From Octopus sinensis (Eukaryota), in the NCBI RefSeq assembly GCF_006345805.1, contig NC_043022.1, forward strand, positions 16,988,001 to 17,052,000: a stretch of 64,000 nt of DNA. Direction: 5' to 3'. The first letter of the stretch is position 1, and each line of letters begins with the position of its first letter. Positions 1 through 10,888 of the stretch are shown here, piece after piece. The notes beneath the pieces are model-generated. The model had not been told where the DNA came from and made no database searches. It saw only the letters and a program-made list of their open reading frames with translations. The position numbers and the translations under genes are program-made.

Positions 1-199
1 ATGAGTGCTGCCGTTAAGTAGAATGGTAGACAAGACTACCTCCTCAAATTGTTGTTTGTGACCATCATACATGAAACTCAGCTTGGAGTGATGGAACCAG
101 TTCTCTTGATACAGTTCTTGATACTTCACACTGACAGGGGACAGCAGTTGAAGTTCAAATGTGTGTGTGTGTGTGAATGTAACACACACACACACACAC

Positions 200-241
<42 letters not shown>

Positions 242-834
242 CATTTATGTATATGTGTGTATCTATATCTGTTTGGTTTTGATTCTTCTGTCCAGCATTT
301 TGTTAAAGTATCTTCTACAATGGCCTTGCATTGCTCACTGCCTCCTCATAGATGAGGTCCAATTGGTCTGGAACATGTTTGGAATTGCTGTACTATTTCC
401 AGCAAATTTAATACTTTAACATATCCAGGTTGTTTGCATTAAAACTTATGCACAAGTGATAATGCTGATAAACAAATTAGATGTATTAAATATTATTGTC
501 TCCATATCTGCTCAACTTGATCCTCTGTAAAGACACTGGAGTCTCAGTTTCAATCATTTGAACACTACTGTCTTCTATACAGAGAATCTCATCTGTTATA
601 TATATATATATATATACACACATAAAGCAGTGACCTGGTAGAAACGTTAGCATGCCGGGCGAAATGCTCAGCGGTATTTTGTCTGAGTTGCGTACTGGAG
701 TCAATCTAAATTTCAGGCCTTGTACCTAGAGTAGAAAAGTATGTAAATATATATGTATTTCAGAATAAGCACATAAATGTGAAACAAGGTGGAGAAAATA
801 GTACTCAAATACCGGAGGTAGAGTCATATGCTTT

Positions 835-1007
835 AGTATTATTAAAGCTGCAAAGATACCACAAAAACTGCCACTCAGTTTCACGTTCCTGTTAGTCAGT
901 TTTTTCACACACACACATTTGATCTTGAAAAAACTGTCCAACGAATGGGAACGTGAAACTCTGAGTAACAGTTTTTGTGATGTCTTTACAGCTTTATCAA
1001 TAAAGTA
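835..1007. ncRNA. Divergent pair of degenerate type-I hammerhead-like motifs within an inverted repeat (probably Penelope-like-element derived)
   Basis: + copy 929-976 folds with stems I, II and III, GAAA and a GUA triplet; core CCAACGA has 2 mismatches to CUGANGA. The - copy (861-905) is more decayed. Confidence 0.5.
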
Positions 1008-1109
1008 TATATATATAATATATATATATATATAATTACACATAATATATATATATATATATAATTACACATAATATATATTATATATATTATATATATT
1101 ATATATATA

Positions 1110-1142
<33 letters not shown>

Positions 1143-1596
1143 ATAATTACACATAGTATATATTATATATATATATTATATATATATATTATATATTATA
1201 TATATATATATATATATTTTGTGCATAAGTATGTTTGTGTGTGTGTGTTTATACGTGTATATAATTGTGTGTTTATGATAAACTTGTATAAAAAAAATCC
1301 CTGAATTGCAGTTGGTTTCTGGTCCCTGCAATCTCTGTTGTGCCACTGGGTCCACGGCTGAAAAGAGGCTTCAGTGCTGTACAATGCTTTATCCACTCAA
1401 AACAAATGCCTGCACAGGAAATTCTTGGAGTCTTAAAACATTTGCACGGACTCACTGTGCTTAAGAAGTGGTCTTAGTCATGAGATGACTTCCACCATAT
1501 ATGTGTCTACATTTATATATAAGCATATATTTATGTGTGTGTGTGTTTATATAGGTATATATACATATATGTATGTATGTGTGTATATATATATGC

Positions 1597-1630
<34 letters not shown>

Positions 1631-4099
1631 ACTTGGGTATTTGTGGATGACCTAGAGGTTCTGACAAATAAATTTTACTGAAAGAGTTTATTCAAAAGTT
1701 GAAACTTTTCTGTTTTGAGAGGAAATAGAAAACACTGTGGCAGTCGTGCTTTGCACCAGGTCACTCGGTTGGTTATTTACTTTAATATTAATTAAAGTGG
1801 GTCACTTGTGCTTTTAATGTTAATAAAGTAGGTCATTTGTAATGTTCGATGTAAATCAATGAAAAAAAAACCCTCACCTATTATAATTACACCTTCAGAG
1901 ATGAAAACCGTGATTATCTACAAGAATATTCCTTGTAGAAATATCCAGCTGGTTTATCATTATCATCATCATCGTTGTCTTAACATCTACTTTTCTATGC
2001 CTGCATGGGTCGGAAGAGGCAGATCTTCTATGGCCAGGTGCTCTTCCTGTTGCCAACCCTCCCCTGTTTCCAGGAAAGGTAATATTTTCCCATGGCCAGA
2101 CTTGTTCTTGCAGAATATTGAAAATGAATGACAATGCTTGTATAACAGTGATGCTTGTTTACAACTATCACATGATGTCAAGACAAGAAGATACAAACAC
2201 ACTCACATACACAACAGGCTCCTTTCAATAAGTACTGGGGTAGGTTTCTTTCAGTTTCCATCTACCAAATCCACTTACAAAAGCTTTGGTCAATCTGGGG
2301 CTATAGTAGAAGACACTTGCCCTAGGTGCCAAGCAGTGGGACTGAACCCAGAACCATGTGGTTGGGAAGCAACCTTCTTACCACATAGCTACATATCCAC
2401 CTAATTAACTGGCATCCCGGTAATGACTCCGCTCTGTTTTGGATTTATTTAGATTTTGTCAAAGTTCCTCCAAATCTTAGATGACCAGAGAAATATGTAT
2501 TGGACACTTGGTAATGAGTGCCCAGGGACGTTTTCTGCGTGGAAACTTAATAACAAAATGTGAGCCAACTTTGTTGAAGTTGATATAGTTTTTCTGACTC
2601 CAACTCCAGCTACCCGTTAATTGTTTCTGACTCCGACTCAGATTCCACAGACCTGGCCATAACTGGAACACCTTTGATCACAAGTGCTCTCAAATGAGAC
2701 TGAAAATAAAGAACTACTACAAGATGATGGAGCCATTTGTCAGAGGTGGGCATGGCATTTGATAACTGATCCTGTCAGTAATGAAAGAATAAGTTCTTCA
2801 CTCTTCTGAGAAAATAAAAGGATTTTAAAACATTTAATATTGAAGGGGAGAGTTTGTGTGCATTGGGTTGCCCATGTTTAGTCCACTGCAGAGAAAGGGC
2901 CTCAATATCTTCCCTCTACCATACGCGTCCTACTGGTTTTGATGAACCCACTCTGCCCCACTGGCCTGGCAGAGGAAAACAGAAGTAGTTAAGTGATTAC
3001 ATCAACCCCAGTGTAAAACTGGTACTTATTTAATTGATCCCAAAACATGAAAGGCTAAGTCAACCTTGGCAGAATTTGAACACAAAATGTAAAGACGGTT
3101 GGAATACTGTTAAGCATTTGCCAATGTGCTAACAATTCTGCCAGCTTACTGCCTCTATACACACACACATATACATATATGTGTGTGTATGTATATATGC
3201 CTCACAGAGGCAAAGTGGCTGAATTCCTTTGGCATTATGTTGTGCTTGAGAAGAAGACCCGCCAAGCTGAGCAAAATCACAGTCATGGCAGATATCAGTG
3301 TCACGCAAATTGGCACCCGATGCTGGTGGCATATAAATGCACCCTGGTGTCACACAAATGGCACGTAAAAACACCCATTACACTCTTGGAGTGGTTGGTG
3401 TTAGGAAGGGCATCCAGCTGTAGAAAACCATGCCAAATCAGACTGGAGTCTGGTGCAGCCTTCCAGTGTACCAGCCCAGTCAAACTGTCCAACCCATGCC
3501 AGCATGGACAACAGATGTTAAAAGATGATGATGATTTATATATATATATATATAAAACAAGAATTCCATGATATGGCTGCCTGAATTATGTCTCCTCTAT
3601 ATCTCACACTAGGGGGTCACACAATGAGAATTGAAAGCTATGGGCTGTCTCTAAACATAATCTAACCCCTGAGTGGGGAAAAAACCTGAATGATAGTTTG
3701 TCAGAGATGATGAAATTGTTCCAATAAGCCATTTACCACTTTTTATTGTCTAGATACCATTTTATTTTATTTTTATTTATTTTTATTAGTATTGATGGGG
3801 AACAGGAGAGGTTTTAGCAATTGCAGTTCTGCCTTGGTATCTAACTTTATGAAGCTCACAATAAAGGGACTTTGTTCAAACTGGGTTGGTAAGGGGAAAG
3901 CTTTACTCTACTTTCACTTTTACTGCCATAATTTGATGGGGTTTTTTTCCAGACCCAATACATTTCACTATTCAGCAGTTCTTCCCTGTGACCTTTGCCC
4001 CACCCTACCCAGATTTACACTGGCCAGAATTGGTTTTACTTTGGTTTCAAAATGTCCACTTGATCTTTGAGACTTACACCTTTCAAAACATTAAACCAT

Positions 4100-4330
4100 T
4101 CAGTAGTTTTAGTTGAAGACTTCCATAATATTTATGCACACATCTACATTTGGCTTTCCAACCATAAAAATGCCAGCATAGCATTCAGCAATAAGTTCTG
4201 CACATTCTTTGGGACTATCAGTAATCCGACCTGCATGGGAATTGCAAGGTGAGTCACCTGGAGAGTGAGGACTCTGCTTTCAATGTACATATTAACCCCA
4301 GAACATTTTGCAGTCAGAGTTGGTTGCTAT
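4100..4330 (-). mobile_element. Decayed CR1/L2-type LINE ORF2 fragment
   Basis: Minus frame KMFWG*YVH*KQ...GRITDSPKECAELIAECYAGIF resembles the K.FW.YV...ITD..EKAE.L..YF..VF linker of LINE ORF2; two in-frame stops. Confidence 0.5.
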
Positions 4331-4594
4331 ACATTCTGCAAATTCAAACTTTGCTTTTTTTTTATCACCTGTATTGATTAGAACAGTTTTAAATTTGCCC
4401 TGTTGCCAATAGGAAAAATAGTTACCATATTTACTGGTGTGTAAGTTGCACTATTTCATTCAATCTGGATGTGAATTATACACAGGGCAAAGCTAGGACT
4501 ATTAAGGCCTAACCCTAAGTTATGGGTGTGACTTATATTCTCACACAGTAAATAAAATGTGGTGTTTTTCTTATTTTGTCCTACCACAATGCAG

Positions 4595-5040
4595 TGAGCT
4601 GGTAGAATTGTTAGCACACCGGGTGAAATGCTTAGTGGTATTTTGTCTGTTGCTGTGTTCTGAGTTCAAATTCTGCCAAGGTCAACTTTGCCTTCCATCC
4701 TTTCAGGATTGATTAAATAAGTACCAGTTACACAGTGAGGATGATCTAATCAACTTAATCTCCTCTCCCAAGCTGCCCTTGTGGCAAAAACTTGAAATCA
4801 TTATTTTGTCCAACCATAAGGCGGCGAGCTGGCAGAATCATTAAGCAAGCTGGGCGAAATGCTTAGCAGTATTTCGTCTGCCACTACATTCTGAATTCAA
4901 ATTTTGCCAAGGTTGACTTTGCCTCTCATCCTTTTGGGGTTGATAAATTAAGTACCAGTGAAATAGAGGGGTCAATGTAATCAACTAGTCCCCTCCCCCC
5001 AAAATTTCATGGCTTTATGCTTTCACTAGAAAGGATTATT
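4595..5040 (+). mobile_element. Two tandem family-A SINEs
   Basis: Two successive gagctgg(t/c)agaa ... gagttcaaatt ... catcctttc/tggggt ... gtaccag bodies. Confidence 0.8.
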
Positions 5041-6664
5041 TTGTCCAACCATTTTATGTATGTGTTTGTGTGTGTGTGTGTGTGTATAAAGAAAACTGAC
5101 ATGGTGTGTGTTGCACTACATTGATGTATCAAGGATTGAACAGACAGAACGCAACAAGGAGAAAAAGTTTGAAGCAGAGCAAAGGGGAAACTAGATGGAA
5201 ACCTAACAGTCAGGGAAGGTAGACAGACACGATACACGGAATATTCACAGCTGGGTTTTCCTCGTCAGTCAATGAGCCAAAATATCATTATGGTTTCACA
5301 CCATTAACAGTGAGACCACTCAATCTTGGAGGTGCCAGTGCTATTATTAAGATGCTGGGAAAAAGCTAGCAAATATACTGAGACAGAAACCATGTAATAG
5401 AGATGGGAACCTGGTGACCTTGGTGGTGGTGGTGCCATATAAAAAGCATCTAGTTCACTAAAGTTTTCGCCATCAGGAAAGGGTCCCAGCCATGGCGACC
5501 ATGCCAAAACAAACGACTGGAGCCTGGGGCAGCCCTTCATCCTTGTCAGCTCCTGTCAAACAGTCCCAACTCATGCCAGCGTGGAAAACTGACATTAAAT
5601 GGTGATGATAATCATCATCATCGTCATCATACAAAATTTGAACGGTTCATTCAGTGCCAAGTGAAAGAGGTTGTGTGAGGTTCATAAGCTGTTTTTTTGT
5701 TTTTTTTTACCCCAGGGAGGTCCTGATGAAGCAGAGCTATGCTCAAACACAATCCAACCATGATCCCTTCCATCGTATTTTCAGATGCAGTGTATCTAGG
5801 TTCATGACAATGGCCGATATGCCCTTCTTTTTTCTAGGACGATGGAATGTTATTTGTGGGTAGTTTGGCTGTTGTGTCTAGTTGGTTGTGTGGAAAGCAG
5901 GTCCCTGGCACCAAATCATTTGGATTTGTTTTTTGTTGTCTTCTTGGTTAAGACTTAAAAGTGATTGAGTAATAAATAACCTGAAATACGATTCACTATC
6001 CGGGAGGAAATAAACCGGGATGGTCACGTTTTGGCTTGTATCAGGTTTTACCGATCATCGATACTTAGGGTTAAACAACAGAAGCGATGATGGCGTCTAC
6101 GTGGCCGCTCTCCCCACTAGAAATAGCAGCCAGATCACTCAAATCTCACTCTAGATGTTTAAAAACTACACTTGATGATGAAAATTGTAGTCAGTATGAA
6201 GAAAAAGGACGAGCTTTTTCCCGTTTGCGAAACGTGGTTCTGCTGAGAATTAAGAACAGAACCAACGAGTAATCTGAGATAAAATATTGAAACGTGGCGG
6301 TTTGACTTGATAACTGTGCCACGTACGATTGTATAGTATCATGGTACAGCTGATCGCCTTGGACTTTCTCACTCGAGCTACACCCGTTTAATTTATTCAT
6401 GAATTACAACACACACACACACACACGTATACACTCCCCCTCCTCTCTCTCTCTCTCATGTCTGTCGGTGTATATATGAAAGCGTAGAAACACGCGCACA
6501 CATGTGCGTGTGTATATATTTAGACGGATTTTCGGAAGAGCTGTCGCGCTTAAATTGGAATTTCTCCGTTTTTTTTGTTTCTTTTTTTTTTCCGGGAATT
6601 TTCCACATTTTATTGTATTTCACATATTTCAAAACACTTCAAGCGGACTTAAAACTTCCGCCGA

Positions 6665-6673
6665 TATAGACAT

Positions 6674-6735
<62 letters not shown>

Positions 6736-6904
6736 ATAGACGTGTGTGTGTGTGAGAGAGAGAGAGACTATAGACGTGTGTGTGTGAGAGAGAAAGAGAG
6801 AGACTAGACGTGTGTATGAGAGAGAGAGAGAGACTATAGACGTGTGTGTGTGTATGAGAGAGAGAGAGAGACTATAGACGTGTGTGTGTGTGTGTATGAG
6901 AGAC
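6665..6904. repeat. Compound minisatellite [(TG)n(AG)nACTATAGACG] x about 5
   Basis: Fixed ACTA(TA)GACG spacers between TG and AG runs, read directly. Confidence 0.9.
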
Positions 6905-7502
6905 GGCGAGTCGGAATGTAGTAACGCGAAACTCAGAGTGTCAACGTTGTCAATTCAGTGTTTCTAGGCCATTGAATATAATTTTTCGTAAAGTTTTGTG
7001 TTTGTGGACACACACAAAGTACACAATATGTGACCAACGACTTAGTTGACGAGCGAACACTTTGTGACCTTCATGCGTGTCTATGTGTAACACACACACA
7101 CACATATATATATATCATCGACTAAAGGCAGTGCTCCAGCATGGCCGTAGTCAAATGACTGAAACGAGTAAAAGAATTAAAGAATGTATGTATATACATA
7201 CACACCTATCCACACACTGTGTGTGTGTGTATGTATGTATACACACAAACACACACACATATATTTAGATGAGTTGTAGTGCACCTGAGCACTGTACACA
7301 ATTATTATTATTATTATATATATACACATACATACATACATAAATCTCCCATTAAAAATATATATATATTGTCACTAAATTTTCTGTATTAAATGCTGTT
7401 TTGTTTGTACGACGCATTATCAAATATAAAACGTTATACAACAATATTGTACCACATTACATATACACACACACATATATATGTGTGTGTGTATGTATAT
7501 AT

Positions 7503-7538
<36 letters not shown>

Positions 7539-8475
7539 AACACGCAGCTCTTTACGTTCGGAGTTGAAATGGCACCGAGATCGACTTTGGCTTTCGTTTG
7601 ATTAAAGCAGATGACTTGTCAAAAAACTGGGGTCGATCTAATCGATGACTTTCCCAATCTCCTTAAAATTGCTGGCTTTGTGCCAAAATTAGAAAGGATT
7701 ATTGCGTACAGACACCTTGTAACAAACCAACCATATGTTTCAGTTCCCCCCCTCACTCCTTGTTCCATACACACACGCACGCACATACGTATCTACATAC
7801 ATACACACACACGCATTACTTTATGCATGTGAGAGCCAACGGGCGTTGTGAGTGCTAGAAATAGCAGCCAAATTCTCTGAAATCGCAGTCTGTCGTCAGT
7901 AAGGTGCTGTTATTGTTTAGCCCCTGCACCCCGCCCTCCCAACTCTGAACTGACTCGTGACTAAAGACGTTCCAGTAGTGACCATCTTGATTTGTTTATA
8001 TATCCACGACTACTTGGTTCAATATGTTTTCTGCATCTTATTTATTTTTAAGATTGTGTGTGATTTGAGGGAGATTTCGTTGTTGTTTCTAGCATGCTAC
8101 GTAGAGGTCCCCCTCCTTACATCCAATATATGAAGTAAGAATAAATATGGGAAGGACGGTCGTTCGTCTTGGGTTGTCTCAATGTCGCCGCTTCCACCCA
8201 ACATTCGGGCGTATCGGTTTCGGCCTGCCACTGAACAGATCCGTCACTCATTAATTCCAGTAGACGTCGTCCTACTTTAATGTCTGCGACCTGTATTTGG
8301 ATGGGAGGGTGGGTGGGTTCGACTGCTATTTCTAGGAGTTCGAGCGACCATCCTGAACTTGCCTCGTTTCTCTAATTCAAACGATTAGATAAATCCAAGT
8401 ATGGATCACAAGTCGTGCTATAATTCAACTACAACCAACCGTACACACACACAGATTCGTGCTTTGTGATTCGCC

Positions 8476-8548
8476 AGTCTCTCCTCCTCACCCAACCTGT
8501 TCTCTGATTTCTTTTTCTGGACAATTTTGTAGCAACGTTCATTGCCAG
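8476..8548 (+). other. HDLBP: Putative non-coding first exon of vigilin (start approximate)
   Basis: Strong donor CAG|GTGAGA at 8548/8549 in a CpG-enriched zone with a pyrimidine-rich start. The first coding exon has an acceptor at 17992 upstream of its ATG, so an upstream exon is required. No transcript evidence. Confidence 0.45.
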
Positions 8549-9419
8549 GTGAGAAGCTGCTGTTCGCTCGACAATCCTCCATATAACCAAGTGGGGGGGG
8601 GGGGTAGAGGTTGAATAATCGATAACATAAGTGGACAGATACTTTATGGACCCCCGGGAAAGACGAAAGCCAACGCTGATCTTGACAACATTGGAACTTA
8701 AAACGGATTGAGCCGGAATAATTACTATTGCTGGCCAATTTGTTCGACGCACTCTCTCTCTCTCCAGTGTGTGTACGTATATTAGGATTATTAAGACAAC
8801 TTGGTTATTCAAAGGTGAATGTTGTCGATCCGTAATAATTACCAAAAAATATTGAATTCGGTGACAGCCTTTCGCTATTAAAAATATTGGGTTCCTTTTT
8901 TAATATTAATCATTATTTTTACCGATATTATTCTTTCTTTTTTTTAAATCCATATTTTTATTTCCCCGGAAGTGTTTAAAAAAAGCTCTTTTATTGGAAA
9001 GTTATCTTTAGTCGCCGAGACTATATTTGACTTCATAATAGAAGAGCTCCACACTAGTCTGTTTTAATTAACCTGTACTTGCTTAATTAAAAATTATTAA
9101 ACTGGTCGGAACCAGAGTTGCTTTACAAACGATTCGATAATAAAATGGACTCCAGATTTTTTTTGCTGTTCTTTTATTTTTTTCTTTAATTTTCTGTTTT
9201 TTTTACCTTATTTTTTTTTCCTTTTCTGTTTTTCACGAAGTTCCCCAATGCTTAAATAGTAAACGTGTGTGTGTGTGTGCGTGATTGTGTGGCAAGCAGT
9301 TTGCTTCCAAAACACGATTCCAGGTCTCTTATTATAACCCTGGGCCAACCAAGATCTTGTAAGTGGATTTGGTGGACGGAAACTGAATGAAACCCATATG
9401 ATGCATATGGATGAGGACA

Positions 9420-9995
9420 GCTGTGTAAAGAATTGCTGATGTCTAACTATGGAGGGAACCTGTGGTAGAGGTAGACCCAGGAAGACATAGGACGAAATAA
9501 TGAAGCATGATCTTTGAACTTTGAGCTTCACAGAGGCAATGACTAATGACTGAGATCTATGGCATGATGCTGTACTTGAGAAGACCCGTCAAGCCAAGTG
9601 CACTCATGCTGGTGGCATGTAAGGGACATCTTTCAAGTGTCGGACCTCACAGAGGCAAAGTGGCTGAGTTCCTTTTGAGTATTAGGCCTCGTGGAGGTAA
9701 TGACCAAGACGTTTGGCATTATGTCGTGCTTGAAAGAAGAAGACCCATCAAGCCGAGCAAAATCAGTCGTGGCACATACTGGTTTCATGCAAACTGGCAC
9801 CCATGCCAGTGGCACATTAAAAAAAAAACCCTGGTGGCATGTAAAAGCACCCATTACAATCTCGGAGTGGTTGGTATTAAGAAGGGCATCCAGCCATAGA
9901 AGCCCATGCCAAATCAGACTGGAGCCTGGTGTAACCTTCCAGCTCTGGTCAAACTGTCCAACCCATGCCGGCATGGACAACGGACATTAAATGAT
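9420..9995 (+). mobile_element. 3' end of an RTE-clade LINE (decayed ORF end + 3' UTR with (GAT)n tail)
   Basis: Translates with stops as EGTCGRGRPRKT*DEIMKHDL...DLWHDAV, the RTE C-terminal GRPRKTW...W motif. The tail ccaacccatgcc...ttaaatgatga recurs more than 10 times in the window in both orientations (e.g. about 3195-3535 +, 43540-43720 -). Confidence 0.8.
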
Positions 9996-10853
9996 GATCA
10001 CACCGACACCCCCCCACAATGTGCATGTATTTGCCCCCTATCACCACTTGACAACTGGTGTTGGTTTGTCTGTGTCCCCATGGCTTATAGGTTCAGCACA
10101 ATGGGTTGATAGAATAAGTATCAGGCTTAAAGACATTACTGGGATGGATTCGTTTGACTGAAACCCTTCAAAGTGATGTTCCAGGATGGCTGAAGTCAAT
10201 GAGTGAAACCACAAAAAAAAAAAATGCATAGGCCCACATGTGGGCACATATGCATATACTTTTAATTTGGTTGTTTGAAGTGGTTCATCCTACATGTTAC
10301 AGTTAGTTGTGTTAATAAAAAAAGGATTCCACTGCTTGAGCCACATCTGGAATGGAGCAGGATTTCAAGTAGGATTCTGTAGAAGGATGTAAAGATTCAC
10401 AGAACGTCTGCAAAGAATACATCTCTATACACGCTGTCATGTGGCGAATGAAATGCCTCGCTTGTTTGTTTATTATACTTGTATATTTATATGCACTTAT
10501 ACATATATGAATATATGCATGTTTATATATATACACACATGCACGTGGTTCCAAGTTCAGTCCTACTGTGTTACACCTTGGGCAAGTATCATCAACTGTA
10601 ACCCTGGACCAAACAAAACTTTGTGAATAGATTTGGTAGACGGAAACTGAAAGAAGCCTGTTGTATGTGTGTCTGTGTTTGTTCCCCCCCCTGTATTCGT
10701 TTGTTTACATCCCCGTAATTCAGCAAAAGAGACTGAAGCAATAAAGTACTGGGCTTAAAAAAAAAATTAGTATTGGGGTTGATTCATTCAACTAAAATTC
10801 TTCAAAGCAGTGATCCAGCATGGCCATAGTCTGATGATTGAAACAAGCAAAAG

Positions 10854-10888
<35 letters not shown>

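Larger units (their letters stand above)
5990..9100. promoter_or_regulatory. CpG-enriched promoter-like region upstream of vigilin (possibly bidirectional)
   Basis: CpG dinucleotides are visibly more frequent at about 6.0-7.1 kb and 7.8-9.1 kb than in the CpG-depleted introns; GA/CA repeats and a G4 motif are present. Confidence 0.5.

Noticed and set aside
2590-2645. GACTCC(A/G)ACTC repeats resembling DNA-transposon subterminal motifs
   Set aside because: No TIR pair or TSD found to delimit an element.
5723-5748. CTGATGA-AGCA..TGCT-CAAAC hammerhead-like string
   Set aside because: GAAA is missing, there is no stem III or cleavage triplet, and it aligns with the same repeat domain seen at about 7920-7980 that lacks the core.
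6665-6904. CRISPR-like repeat/spacer pattern
   Set aside because: The 'spacers' are TG/AG microsatellites and the constant part is only 10 nt.
10312-10420. Exon-like minus-strand stretch TFCESLHPSTESYLKSCSIPDVAQAVESFFY*
   Set aside because: An acceptor-like site exists, but there are no partner exons or recognisable homology and it lies between repeats.
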